A DNA stretch of 64,000 bases, from assembly GCA_900770385.1 (NCBI GenBank), contig CAAGKK010000044.1, positions 23,149 through 87,148 on the forward strand, read 5' to 3'. The translations under genes and the position numbers were made by a program. Under the pieces are notes generated by a model. That model was given only the letters and a program-made list of their open reading frames with translations, was not told where the DNA came from and did no database searches. Origin of the DNA: Clostridia bacterium (GTDB taxonomy: Bacteria > Bacillota > Clostridia > TANB77 > CAG-508). Shown here in pieces: positions 17,349 to 27,660 of the stretch; the stretch's first letter is position 1; the number at the start of each line of letters is the position of its first letter.

Positions 17349-18614
17349 ATGGACAATTGTGTTAAGATAAGTAAAATTGAGGCATTGGAAGTTTTTGATT
17401 CAAGAGGAAATCCTACAGTACAAGTTACTATTACATTAGAAAATGGAGTAACAGGAAGGAGTATTGTACCATCAGGAGCTTCAACAGGTAGCTTTGAAGC
17501 AGTAGAATTAAGAGATAATGATAAACATAGGTTATTAGGAAAAGGTGTACAAAAAGCAGTTAATAATGTGAATGAAATTATATCTAAAGAGCTAATTAAC
17601 GAAAATGTATACAATCAGAGAAAAATTGATAATAAATTAATACAACTTGATGGAACAAATAATAAAGGCAAGTTAGGAGCAAATGCAATATTAGGAGTAT
17701 CACTATCATGTGCAAATGCAGCTGCTAAATCTTTAAATATTGAATTATATAAATATATCGGAGGAATAAGTGGAAATAACTTACCAATTCCAATGATGAA
17801 TGTTTTAAATGGAGGTAAACATTCTGATAATAATGTTAATATACAAGAATTTATGATAGTACCATTGAACGGAAGTACATTTAAAGAGAAAATGAGCATT
17901 GCAGTAGAAATATATCATGCACTAAAAGCAATATTAAAGAGAAGCGGATTATCCACAGCAGTGGGAGATGAAGGCGGATTTGCACCAAATTTAACTAGTG
18001 ATGAAGAAGCATTAGAACTATTAGTTGAAGCAATAGAGAGTGCTGGATATAAGCCAGGGGTAGATGTTTCAATAGCGTTAGATGTAGCAGCAACAGAAAT
18101 GTTAGAAGAAGCCAAGAAAAAAGAAAAAAACAATTCATATTTATTTTGGAAAACAAATATAAGCAAAACTACTGAAGAAATGATATTGTATTATGAAGAA
18201 TTAATAAATAAATATCCTATCATTTCTATAGAAGATGGTCTAGCAGAAGAAGATTGGATTGGTTGGAAAGAACTTACTAATAGATTATCAGATAAAATAC
18301 AATTAGTAGGAGACGATTTATTTGTTACCAATATAAACAGATTAGAAAAAGGAATAAAAAATAACATAGCCAATAGTATACTAATAAAACCAAATCAAAT
18401 AGGAACATTAAGTGAAACTCTAGATACAATAAAATATGCGAAAGCTAATGGATATTCTACAATAATATCCCATAGATCAGGAGAAACAGAAGATACATCA
18501 ATTGCAGATTTAGCAGTAGCAACAAACAGTAAATATATAAAAGCAGGAGCACCATGTAGAACAGATAGAGTGTGTAAATATAATAGGTTAATTAATATAG
18601 AAACTATGCTATAA
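17349..18614 (+). CDS. eno: Enolase
   Basis: [36 protein letters not shown]; AAGGAGG SD before ATG 17349 (tracked ORF starts 30 nt earlier). Confidence 0.92.
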   Translation: MDNCVKISKIEALEVFDSRGNPTVQVTITLENGVTGRSIVPSGASTGSFEAVELRDNDKHRLLGKGVQKAVNNVNEIISKELINENVYNQRKIDNKLIQLDGTNNKGKLGANAILGVSLSCANAAAKSLNIELYKYIGGISGNNLPIPMMNVLNGGKHSDNNVNIQEFMIVPLNGSTFKEKMSIAVEIYHALKAILKRSGLSTAVGDEGGFAPNLTSDEEALELLVEAIESAGYKPGVDVSIALDVAATEMLEEAKKKEKNNSYLFWKTNISKTTEEMILYYEELINKYPIISIEDGLAEEDWIGWKELTNRLSDKIQLVGDDLFVTNINRLEKGIKNNIANSILIKPNQIGTLSETLDTIKYAKANGYSTIISHRSGETEDTSIADLAVATNSKYIKAGAPCRTDRVCKYNRLINIETML

Positions 18615-18648
18615 TTTTGATAAAAACACGAATTTTGTAGCTATAATA

Positions 18649-18677
18649 TTGACAATTTAATTAAAATTATGTAAAAT
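18649..18677 (+). promoter_or_regulatory. Sigma-A type promoter of the aspS leader
   Basis: TTGACA, 17-nt spacer, TAAAAT. Confidence 0.6.
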
Positions 18678-18683
18678 ATTATA

Positions 18684-18899
18684 TGTTAAATAAATATTGC
18701 TATGAAGATGACAAGTAACTAAAGGTTGTTTTTAGAGAATAAATGCCGTGGCTGAAAGCATTTTAAATAAACATAGTTTACGAAACACATTGGAGCAAAC
18801 TAAAATAAAGTGAAAAAATGATCTATCATTTTTTAAATAGGGTGGCACCGCGGAATAGAATTTCGTCCCTGTATGTTATGAAAACATACAGGGATTTTT
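18684..18899 (+). promoter_or_regulatory. T-box riboswitch leader of aspS
   Basis: Stem I closed by TTGCT (18697)/AGCAA (18794); AGAGA box; AGTA/GAA loop elements; T-box sequence AAATAGGGTGGCACCGCGG at 18835-18853; terminator CCCTGTATGTT/AACATACAGGG followed by a T-run. Confidence 0.85.
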
Positions 18900-18921
18900 G
18901 TATTAAAATAAGGAGGAATGA

Positions 18922-20691
18922 ATGAAAATGGATTCATACAGAACAAATAATTGTGGAGAGCTTACAAAACAAGATGTTGGAAAAAATGTTAAAATTGCAG
19001 GCTGGGTACAAACAATAAGAGATTTAGGAGGATTACTATTTATAGACTTAAGAGACCAATATGGAATAACTCAAGCAGTTGTAACAGTAGAAAGTGGTCT
19101 AATAGAAATGGCTTCTAAAATTCCAACCGAATCTACTATATCAATAGAAGGACCAATAAAAATAAGAGATGAAGAAACTATAAATAAAAATATTCCAACT
19201 GGTGAAATAGAAGTTGTTGCAGAAAAAATAGAAATACTAGGAAAGAGGTTAAAAAATTTACCTTTTGAAATCAATTCAGATAAAGCAGTTGGAGAAGATT
19301 TAAGATTAAAATATAGATTTTTAGATTTAAGAAATGAAAAATTAAAAAATAATATTTTATTAAGAGCAAAGGTGTTACAATTTTTAAGAAATCAAATGAT
19401 AGAAAAAGGATTTACAGAAGTTCAAACACCAATACTTACAAGTTCATCACCAGAAGGTGCAAGAGATTACTTAGTACCAAGTAGAGTTCACCCGGGAAAA
19501 TTTTATGCACTTCCACAAGCACCTCAACAGTTTAAACAATTGTTAATGGTATCTGGAATTGATAAATATTTCCAAGTAGCACCATGTTTTAGAGATGAAG
19601 ATGCAAGAGCTGATAGAGCTCCAGGAGAATTTTATCAATTAGATATGGAAATGGCTTTTGCAACACAAGAAGATGTGTTTGGAGTAATGGAGAAAGTTAT
19701 GTATAATACTTTCAAGGAATTTGGAGGAAAAAAGGTAGCTGAATATCCATTTCCAAGAATAGCATATAGAGATGCAATGCTTAAATACGGTACAGATAAA
19801 CCGGACTTAAGAAATCCACTTATTATTAAAGATGTAACAGATATATTCCAAAATATAGAATTTAATGCATTTAAAGGAAAAATTGTAAGAACAATTACTG
19901 TACCAAATGCAATGGAAATTCCAAGAAGATTTTATGATGGAATGGTAGATTTTGCAATAAGTGAATGTGGAGCAAAAGGTTTAGCATGGCTTAAAGTTCT
20001 AGAAGACGGAACACTTCAAGGACCTATAGCTAAATTTATAGATGAAGATGCACAAAATAAATTACTTTCTACAACAGATACAAAAGCTGGAGATGCTATT
20101 TTCTTTATAGCAGAAGCTACAAGAATTGTAGATACACTTGCAGGAAGAATAAGAGCAGAACTAGGAAATAGATTAGATTTAATAGAAAAAGATGTATATA
20201 AATTCTGCTGGATTGTAGATTTTCCAATGTATGAATTAAATGATGAAGGAAATCTAGATTTTTGTCATAACCCATTTTCAATGCCTCAAGGAGGTTTAGA
20301 AGCATTAAATAGCAAAGATCCATTAGACATACTAGCATATCAATATGACATAGTATGTAATGGAATAGAATTATCATCAGGAGCAGTTAGAAATCATGAT
20401 CCAGAGATTATGATAAAAGCATTTGAAATAGCAGGATATGATAAACAAACAATAGAAAATAAATTCCCAGCTTTATTTAATGCTTTCCATTATGGTGCAC
20501 CACCACATGCAGGTATTGCACCTGGTATAGATAGAATGATAATGTTGATGCAAGATGAACCAAGTATTCGTGAAGTTATAGCATTTCCTATGAACAGTAA
20601 AGCACAAGATTTATTAATGGGAGCACCAGGAGAGGTAACAGAAGAACAATTAAGAGATGTTCATATAAAAATAAGAGAAAGTAAAAAATAA
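18922..20691 (+). CDS. aspS: Aspartyl-tRNA synthetase
   Basis: Class II motifs FRDED, QLDMEMAF, GIDRMIM; 589 aa. Confidence 0.95.
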   Translation: MKMDSYRTNNCGELTKQDVGKNVKIAGWVQTIRDLGGLLFIDLRDQYGITQAVVTVESGLIEMASKIPTESTISIEGPIKIRDEETINKNIPTGEIEVVAEKIEILGKRLKNLPFEINSDKAVGEDLRLKYRFLDLRNEKLKNNILLRAKVLQFLRNQMIEKGFTEVQTPILTSSSPEGARDYLVPSRVHPGKFYALPQAPQQFKQLLMVSGIDKYFQVAPCFRDEDARADRAPGEFYQLDMEMAFATQEDVFGVMEKVMYNTFKEFGGKKVAEYPFPRIAYRDAMLKYGTDKPDLRNPLIIKDVTDIFQNIEFNAFKGKIVRTITVPNAMEIPRRFYDGMVDFAISECGAKGLAWLKVLEDGTLQGPIAKFIDEDAQNKLLSTTDTKAGDAIFFIAEATRIVDTLAGRIRAELGNRLDLIEKDVYKFCWIVDFPMYELNDEGNLDFCHNPFSMPQGGLEALNSKDPLDILAYQYDIVCNGIELSSGAVRNHDPEIMIKAFEIAGYDKQTIENKFPALFNAFHYGAPPHAGIAPGIDRMIMLMQDEPSIREVIAFPMNSKAQDLLMGAPGEVTEEQLRDVHIKIRESKK

Positions 20692-20707
20692 TAGTGTAAT
20701 AAATAGT

Positions 20708-20755
20708 CAAGCTTTTCATATAATTTATAAATTAATATGAAAGGCTTGATTTTTT
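20708..20755 (+). terminator. Rho-independent terminator after aspS
   Basis: CAAGCTTTTCATAT / ATATGAAAGGCTTG 14-bp stem (one mismatch) followed by TTTTTT. Confidence 0.8.
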
Positions 20756-21700
20756 ATGGAAAGTGTTATTTATCTAAAATTAATAAAAAATGAAGAAGAT
20801 ATATTTGCTGAAGATTCTAAATTACCTAGTTTATTAAAGAAGATAATATTAAAATATAAGTTGATTTTCAAAATAGCTACAATGGTTAGTACTAATAATT
20901 ATAATATTATGATATTACCATTTAGAAGAATAGATGAAAATAAAATAGAAAAATATTTAAGAAAACAAATAAAGAATAGTAAAATAAATAACACTACAAG
21001 ATTAGTATTAGAAAATAATTTAAAAACAAAAACTGTAGTTAAGCTACTTGAAGATAATGGCATATATTATTTTAAAGGAGAACTAATAAAGAAAATATTA
21101 CTGCCAGAGACATTAAAATATATAAATAAATTACAAAAGAAAGAGCTATTAAAAAGAGAAGTTACTATTTTAGTAAATGATAATAATAAGTTAAATAATT
21201 GGGTTATAAAATACATAGCACAAAATAGCAAAATTACTAAAATTGTAAGCAATAAAATATATAAGTTTAAAGAATTAGAAAATGAACTATATGAAAATCA
21301 TGGAATAGCAGTGCAATTTTCAAATAGTTATCAAAAAAGTTTAGCAAAATCTGATATAATAATAAATTTAGATTTTACACAATTTGAACTAAATGAGTAT
21401 GTAATAAATAATAAAGCAATTGTAATTAATTGCAGTGATAGAGTTATAAAAGCAATTTCAAAACTTTTTAATGGAATAATAATAAATTCTTATAGAATAA
21501 AATTTCCAAAAGAAATAAACAATATATTTGAAAATTCCAAATTGTTAAATGAATATGAAAATATAATATTGTATGAAAGTATTATAAATTGGCACAATAT
21601 TAATTGTGCTGAAATTAGAGGAAAAATAGATAAAGACAAAATAATTATTTCAAAATTAATAGGAATTAATGGGGCAATCAACAAAATAGAATTTAGATAA
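20756..21700 (+). CDS. Hypothetical protein (314 aa, Asn/Lys/Ile-rich)
   Basis: Long ORF in the gene-dense direction; no SD at the tracked ATG (which abuts the terminator), so the start is uncertain; no family recognised. Confidence 0.5.
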   Translation: MESVIYLKLIKNEEDIFAEDSKLPSLLKKIILKYKLIFKIATMVSTNNYNIMILPFRRIDENKIEKYLRKQIKNSKINNTTRLVLENNLKTKTVVKLLEDNGIYYFKGELIKKILLPETLKYINKLQKKELLKREVTILVNDNNKLNNWVIKYIAQNSKITKIVSNKIYKFKELENELYENHGIAVQFSNSYQKSLAKSDIIINLDFTQFELNEYVINNKAIVINCSDRVIKAISKLFNGIIINSYRIKFPKEINNIFENSKLLNEYENIILYESIINWHNINCAEIRGKIDKDKIIISKLIGINGAINKIEFR

Positions 21701-21706
21701 AAAGTA

Positions 21707-21735
21707 TTGACAAAAAATAAAATTCGAGTTAATAT
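21707..21735 (+). promoter_or_regulatory. Sigma-A type promoter of greA
   Basis: AAAAGTA-TTGACA, 17-nt spacer, TAATAT. Confidence 0.6.
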
Positions 21736-21774
21736 ATAAGTCAATCTTAAAAAATCTGATAGGAGATGACAAAA

Positions 21775-22251
21775 ATGGATGAAAAAGAAATACTTTTAAC
21801 CCAAGAAGGATATGACAAATTAGAAAGTGAATTAGAATATTTAAAAACTGAAGAAAGAGCCGAAATTGCAGAAAGAATTAGAGTAGCATTAGGTTTTGGA
21901 GATTTATCAGAAAACTCAGAATATGACGAAGCTAAAAATGCTCAAGCAGCAAATGAAACAAAAATCGCAGATTTAGAAAACAAAATAAGACATGCAAGAA
22001 TTATAGATGAATCAGAAATTGATACAAAAACAGTACAAATAGGTAATAAAGTAAAAGTACATGATTTAGAATTTGATGAAGATATTGAATATACAATAGT
22101 AGGTTCTACAGAAGTAGATTTAGCAAGCAATAAAATATCTAATGAATCACCAATAGGTGCAGCTTTATTAGGTGCTAAGAAAAATCAAACAGTAGAAGCA
22201 AATACACCAGGGGGAATTATTAAATTCAAAATATTATCAATTACTAAATAA
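21775..22251 (+). CDS. greA: Transcription elongation factor GreA
   Basis: LTQEGYDKLESELEYLK...GDLSENSEYDEAKNAQ; AGGAG SD fits ATG 21775. Confidence 0.93.
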   Translation: MDEKEILLTQEGYDKLESELEYLKTEERAEIAERIRVALGFGDLSENSEYDEAKNAQAANETKIADLENKIRHARIIDESEIDTKTVQIGNKVKVHDLEFDEDIEYTIVGSTEVDLASNKISNESPIGAALLGAKKNQTVEANTPGGIIKFKILSITK

Positions 22252-22326
22252 TTTTATTAATATAGAGAAATAATAAAGAAAGGTTAATTTTAAATTTATC
22301 TTTCTTTTTTATTTTACAAAAAAGTA

Positions 22327-22355
22327 TTGAAAAAAAGGAATTGTTGGGGTAAAAT
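22327..22355 (+). promoter_or_regulatory. Sigma-A type promoter
   Basis: AAAAAGTA-TTGAAA, 17-nt spacer, TAAAAT. Confidence 0.55.
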
Positions 22356-22381
22356 TTAAAATGTTATGATGGAGTAGAAAA

Positions 22382-23041
22382 ATGATTACATTAAAAGATA
22401 TCCAGAATAATAAAGAAGTACTTGCTTTATTAAAAGGTTCGCAAAAGCAGTTAAATGAATTAGGTTATACAGAGCATTCTATAAGGCATGTTTCAATAGT
22501 TTCTAAAAGAGCAGGCGAAATTTTAGAAAAACTAGGTTACAATAAGGAAAGAGTAGAATTAGCTAAAATAGCAGGTTATTTACATGATATTGGTAATAGC
22601 GTAAACAGAATAGATCATGCTCAATCAGGCGCATTACTAGCTTATAGCATATTAAAAGATATAGGCTTAGAAACAGAAAAATGTATTGAAATAATGACTG
22701 CTATAGGAAACCATGATGAAGAAACAGGAGAACCAGTAAGCGATATTTCGGCAGCTTTAATATTAGCAGACAAGTCAGATGTTCATAGAAATAGAGTAGT
22801 AAATCCAAATGCAACTAAGTTTCATATACATGATAGAGTAAATTATGCTGTAACAGAATCTAATTTGAATTTAAATAAAAAAAGTAGAATTATTACATTA
22901 GATATTCAAATAGATACCAAAATCTGCCCAGTATTAGACTACTTTGAAATATTTTTAAAAAGAACAATGATGAGCAAATATGCAGCTAAATATTTAAAAC
23001 TATGGTTTGAACTTGTTATTAATGGAACAAGATTATTATAA
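22382..23041 (+). CDS. HD-domain phosphohydrolase
   Basis: HSIRH...GYLHDIGN...GNHDE metal-binding pattern. Confidence 0.8.
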   Translation: MITLKDIQNNKEVLALLKGSQKQLNELGYTEHSIRHVSIVSKRAGEILEKLGYNKERVELAKIAGYLHDIGNSVNRIDHAQSGALLAYSILKDIGLETEKCIEIMTAIGNHDEETGEPVSDISAALILADKSDVHRNRVVNPNATKFHIHDRVNYAVTESNLNLNKKSRIITLDIQIDTKICPVLDYFEIFLKRTMMSKYAAKYLKLWFELVINGTRLL

Positions 23042-23043
23042 AA

Positions 23044-24429
23044 ATGGGAGGAATAATATTGAAAACAACAAAAAAAAGATTAAAACTAGCATTATTAATT
23101 TTAATTTGTATGGCAATCATTTTGGTAGGTTTTTGTGGAATATATGTAAAAGATAAAAACAAATATTCAAACAAAATACCTAACTATAAATTAGCAACAG
23201 ATTTAAAAGGAACAACAGTATTAGAACTAGATGTAGATACTTCAACAAATAAAAATTACTATGATTCAGAAGGAAAAAAAGTTGATTCTTCTGAAGTAAC
23301 AGATGAGAATAAAAGTAATTATACTGAAAAAGAAGAAAAAGTAAATTTAGATGAGAATCTAACTAAAGATAATTATGAAAAAACTTTAAATATATTAAAA
23401 GAAAGATTAAAATTCTTAAAAGTAGATCAATATAGTTTAGATTTAGATACCAAAACAGGAAAAATTGTTTTAAACTTTGCAGATGAATATCCAGATGATG
23501 TAAAGTCTATTTTGCCAATGGAAGGAAAGCTTGAATTAATAGATTCAAACACAAAAGATGTTTTAATAGAAAATTCTAGTATAAAATCATTAGAAACTAC
23601 ATATGCATCAACAGACGATGGATACACGGTATACTTAAATCTAAAATTAAACAAAGAAGGAATAGACAAAATTAATGGCATAGATGGATACAAAACTACA
23701 ACAGACGATAATGGGGAAGTATCAACAAACAAGCTTAAAGTACAATTTGATACAGACGAAATAGCAGAAGTATCTTATGATAATATGGAATTAATAGGAA
23801 AAACATTAAGAGTTACATTAGCAAGTAATATAACATCAAATTCAACATTTACTTCCAAAATGAACACTGCTACTGTAGTTTCTAAATTAACTACAATAGG
23901 AAAAACACCATTAGTATATAAAATAACAGCAGAAGAATATTTAAAAACAAATGTAGATACTAAAGTGGTTTATGGAGCATTAATTGTAACAGCAGTATTA
24001 TTAGTTGCTACATTTATTACATGGATCATTAAATATAAGATGAACGGATTACTAGCTGTAATAGGAACTCTTACCAATATATCTTTAATGACAATCGTAA
24101 TTAGATATACTAATATAGAAATATCATTAAACTCATTATCAGCAATTATAGGATTATTTGTAGTAAACACATATTTAGTAAGTAATATACTAACACATAT
24201 TAAAAATGAAGAAAAAACATTTGCAGAAAATATACAACATGCATATTTAAAATCAATAGATGTATTAATAATAAGTTTATTAATGTTTGTTGTATTTGCA
24301 TTTAGTAAGATGACAGTAATCAATTCTATGGGATTATTATTCTTCTGGGGATGGTTAACAATTGTTCTAGGAAATTTATTATTTACGGTTCCTATGTTAT
24401 ATGTAAAAAGTAGGGAGGTAAGCAAATAA
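23044..24429 (+). CDS. SecD-like membrane protein (divergent)
   Basis: N-terminal TM, large periplasmic-type domain (ATDLKGTTVLELDVD), C-terminal 5-6 TM bundle; probable TTG start at 23059 after GGGAGGA. Confidence 0.5.
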   Translation: MGGIILKTTKKRLKLALLILICMAIILVGFCGIYVKDKNKYSNKIPNYKLATDLKGTTVLELDVDTSTNKNYYDSEGKKVDSSEVTDENKSNYTEKEEKVNLDENLTKDNYEKTLNILKERLKFLKVDQYSLDLDTKTGKIVLNFADEYPDDVKSILPMEGKLELIDSNTKDVLIENSSIKSLETTYASTDDGYTVYLNLKLNKEGIDKINGIDGYKTTTDDNGEVSTNKLKVQFDTDEIAEVSYDNMELIGKTLRVTLASNITSNSTFTSKMNTATVVSKLTTIGKTPLVYKITAEEYLKTNVDTKVVYGALIVTAVLLVATFITWIIKYKMNGLLAVIGTLTNISLMTIVIRYTNIEISLNSLSAIIGLFVVNTYLVSNILTHIKNEEKTFAENIQHAYLKSIDVLIISLLMFVVFAFSKMTVINSMGLLFFWGWLTIVLGNLLFTVPMLYVKSREVSK

Positions 24430-25061
24430 TGAAAAAAATAACAGAAAACAAAAAAATATTGATTATTGCAATATTAATTATAATAGTAGCAGGTATAATA
24501 TTTTTAGCAGTTAAAGGATTTAACAAAGGTATTATTTATGACTCTGCAACAAGAATAGAATGCTATATACCATCAGGATATGAAAAAGCAGATATAGAAA
24601 ATATTACAAATGAAACTTTTAGTAATAAAAATGTAACAGTGCAAGACATTGAAAAGTTAAACCAAATGGTTTCAATAAAAATAAAAGATTATAGTGAAGA
24701 AGAGTTAGAAAACTTTAAAACAAAAATTTCTGAAAAATATGGAATAGACAAAGACAAATTAGAAATATATGAAATAAAAATACCTACAACTAGAATTAGT
24801 ACAATAGTAAAACCTTATGTATTACCAGTAAGTATTGTAACAGTGTTATCTTTAGTTTATATTGCATTAAGAAATATAAAAAGTAAAGAGGCTGTAAAGA
24901 AAGTTATAAAAGTTGCATTAACATTAGTATTAGTAGCTGGTATATACTTTAGTATATTAGTAATAGCTCAAATACCAATTAATGAATATACAATGCCAAT
25001 AGCTTTAATGTTGTATGTACTAACTTTATTAATTGAAGTAATAAAACTAAATAAAGAATAA
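24429..25061 (+). CDS. SecF-like membrane protein (short, divergent)
   Basis: Start overlaps the upstream stop (ATAATG); N-terminal TM, small extracytoplasmic domain and ~3 C-terminal TM; only 210 aa. Confidence 0.4.
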   Translation: MKKITENKKILIIAILIIIVAGIIFLAVKGFNKGIIYDSATRIECYIPSGYEKADIENITNETFSNKNVTVQDIEKLNQMVSIKIKDYSEEELENFKTKISEKYGIDKDKLEIYEIKIPTTRISTIVKPYVLPVSIVTVLSLVYIALRNIKSKEAVKKVIKVALTLVLVAGIYFSILVIAQIPINEYTMPIALMLYVLTLLIEVIKLNKE

Positions 25062-25080
25062 TAAAATAAAGCGGAATAAA

Positions 25081-25121
25081 TTCTACACGGGCGGACAGAG
25101 GAGTCCGCCCATATATACGAT
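25081..25121 (-). repeat. GC-rich hairpin repeat, copy E (between convergent genes)
   Basis: Minus strand reads TCGTATATAT-GGGCGGAC-TCCTCT-GTCCGCCC-GTGTAGAA and starts 1 nt after the mutS2 stop. Confidence 0.8.
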
Positions 25122-25124
25122 TTA

Positions 25125-27506
25125 TTATATCGTTTTATTCTTTTTTAATTCAACAACAGTTACTCCCATTTCACCCTCACCAAATGTACCATTTCTAAAA
25201 CTTTTAACATAAGGATTATTTTTTAAGAAAGTATGAATGCCAGCACGAAGTTTTCCTGTACCTTTGCCATGTACAATTCTAATTGTTTCTAAGCTACTTA
25301 AAGAACAACTATCTAAGTATTTATCTATTAAGTATATTGCTTGATCAACATTTAAACCAATAACATTAATTTCATTTGAAATACTTTTTTGAGTCAAATG
25401 TAATGTAGAAGAGGTATTAGTTTTCTTAATATTTTTAGGTTTAGATAAATCTAATTCTAGGTTATTAATATCTACATTTAATTTGGTATTTTCAACCTGA
25501 ACTTGAACTTTTCCATTTTTTACATTGCCTATAATAATACCACTTTTATTTAAATTAGTAATAATAACTTTTGTTCCTTTTGGTAAATCAGAACTTGTTA
25601 AAGTACCAGTAGATATTTCTTTATCTGAAGAATTTATATTTCGTAGAGATGTATTTAAATCATTTCTTAAATTATTTAAATCTTTAATTTTAGAAGAAGT
25701 ATCTGTGCCTAAAATATCATTCATTTGTTTTATAATTTTTGTAGAATCATCTTTAGCTTTTAATAATATATCTCTCGCTTCAATTTTTGCGTTTTCAATA
25801 ATTTCTTTTTCTTTATCCTTAACATCTTTATTATCTTTTTGAAGTTCTAATTTTAACTTTTCTATTTCAACTGTATCAGAATCTATTTTTTCTTTTTGCT
25901 TTTCAATTTCTGACTTAGTATCATATATATTTTTTAAAATATCTTCTATTTTTATGTCATTAGAATCAACTAAAGAAATAGCTCTATCTAATATTTTCTT
26001 ATTAAGTCCTAATTTTTGAGAAATAGCAAAAGCATTACTTTTGCCAGGTATTCCTAATATTATGTGATATGTTGGCTTTAGATTTTCAACATCAAACTCA
26101 GCACTAGCATTAATATATCCATCGTGTGTTAGGGCATAATTTTTAATTTCTTGATAATGAGTAGTGGATATACAAAGAGCACCTAAGTTATGAAAAAATT
26201 CTAAAATACTAATAGCTAAACTACTTCCTTCAATAGGATCTGTACCAGAACCTAATTCATCCACTAATATTAAGCTTTGACAAGTTGCATGATTTGTTAT
26301 ATTTATTATTGTTTTTATGTGAGATGAAAAAGTACTTAAAGATTCTGAAATACTTTGATTATCACCAATATCCGCAAAAATATTATCAAAAATAAAAATA
26401 CTACTATTTTCATTAGCAGGAATCATAATACCGCTATAAGCCATTAAATGTAATAAGCCAACTGTTTTTAAACTTACAGTTTTACCTCCAGTGTTAGGTC
26501 CTGTAATTACTAATGTAGAATAGGTAGTTCCTAAAGATAAATCTATTGGAACTACAATATTTTTATCTATTAATGGATGTCTTGCTTTTATTAAGTTAAA
26601 TTCTTTCTTTTCATTAATTTTAGGAAGAATACCGTTAATACTAATAGAATATTTAGCTTTTGCAAATATAAAGTCAATCCTTCCTAGAAGTCTAACATTA
26701 TTTTCTAATTCATTAATAATAAGTGAAAATTTAGTAGAAATGTTAGAGAGAATTTTTTCTATTTCTATATTTTCTTTTATTTTTAAAGTACTTATTTCGT
26801 TGTTCATATTAAACACAATAGTAGGTTCTATAAAAACGGTAGAACCACTTGAAGATATGTCATGTATAAGTCCATTTATATTGTTCCTATATTCATCTTT
26901 TACAGGTATTACATACCTATTATCTCTAATGGTTATAATAGGGTCCATAAGATATTTTGAGTATGTAGGGGAATGTATAAAATGATTTAATTTATCTTTT
27001 ATATTTTGCTCTAATGTTTTTTTTGCTCTTCTTATAGAATATAAAGTGTCGGAAGCTCTATCATCAATAGTATTTTCATCAATTATTTTAGAAAATACTT
27101 CTCTTTCTAAATTTAAATTTATATACAAATTATTAAATAGAGGCTTTAATATATTAAAATCAAAATTTATACTTTTAGATAATTCATCAAAAAATGAATA
27201 TAATTCACGAGACATTTTTAATACAGAGGTTAAATCCAAAATTTCTTTTGGAGATAATATATTCTGACTATCCAACTTTTTCAAATGAACAGAAATATCA
27301 TTAAATTCCCCAATAGGTGGAGCACCATATTTATTTATAATATCAACAGCTTGATTAGTTTGAAGTAATCTATTAGATACTTCTGCAGAATTAAAAGATG
27401 GTTGTAATTCTCTAATTAATTTTTTTCCAATATAAGTTTTACTAAAACCTAATAATATATCTAATATTTTATTATATTCTAAAATTTCTAAAGTACTATT
27501 ATTCAT
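25125..27506 (-). CDS. mutS2: Endonuclease MutS2 (MutS-II ATPase with C-terminal Smr domain)
   Basis: GPNTGGKTVSLKTVGL Walker A, DELGSGTDP, C-terminal Smr (IRIVHGKGTGKLR). Confidence 0.93.
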   Translation of the reverse strand: MNNSTLEILEYNKILDILLGFSKTYIGKKLIRELQPSFNSAEVSNRLLQTNQAVDIINKYGAPPIGEFNDISVHLKKLDSQNILSPKEILDLTSVLKMSRELYSFFDELSKSINFDFNILKPLFNNLYINLNLEREVFSKIIDENTIDDRASDTLYSIRRAKKTLEQNIKDKLNHFIHSPTYSKYLMDPIITIRDNRYVIPVKDEYRNNINGLIHDISSSGSTVFIEPTIVFNMNNEISTLKIKENIEIEKILSNISTKFSLIINELENNVRLLGRIDFIFAKAKYSISINGILPKINEKKEFNLIKARHPLIDKNIVVPIDLSLGTTYSTLVITGPNTGGKTVSLKTVGLLHLMAYSGIMIPANENSSIFIFDNIFADIGDNQSISESLSTFSSHIKTIINITNHATCQSLILVDELGSGTDPIEGSSLAISILEFFHNLGALCISTTHYQEIKNYALTHDGYINASAEFDVENLKPTYHIILGIPGKSNAFAISQKLGLNKKILDRAISLVDSNDIKIEDILKNIYDTKSEIEKQKEKIDSDTVEIEKLKLELQKDNKDVKDKEKEIIENAKIEARDILLKAKDDSTKIIKQMNDILGTDTSSKIKDLNNLRNDLNTSLRNINSSDKEISTGTLTSSDLPKGTKVIITNLNKSGIIIGNVKNGKVQVQVENTKLNVDINNLELDLSKPKNIKKTNTSSTLHLTQKSISNEINVIGLNVDQAIYLIDKYLDSCSLSSLETIRIVHGKGTGKLRAGIHTFLKNNPYVKSFRNGTFGEGEMGVTVVELKKNKTI

Positions 27507-27660
27507 TTTTTTGTCCTTTCAATATTTTAAACACTATTATTATACTATGTTTCAGCAATTATATCAACCTAATTATAAAAAGCAAATAATATAATAAAAT
27601 ATATTGCAAATTACTAAATATTTGTATAAAATATATCTAAATAAAAGATTGGAGAAAAAA

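Noticed and set aside
27507-27660. A ZTP (pfl) or THF riboswitch upstream of folD (also checked upstream of fhs at 44693..44709)
   Set aside because: No GC-rich conserved cores typical of these riboswitches are visible. The folD upstream region is plain AT-rich promoter DNA, and fhs follows the previous gene by only 17 nt.
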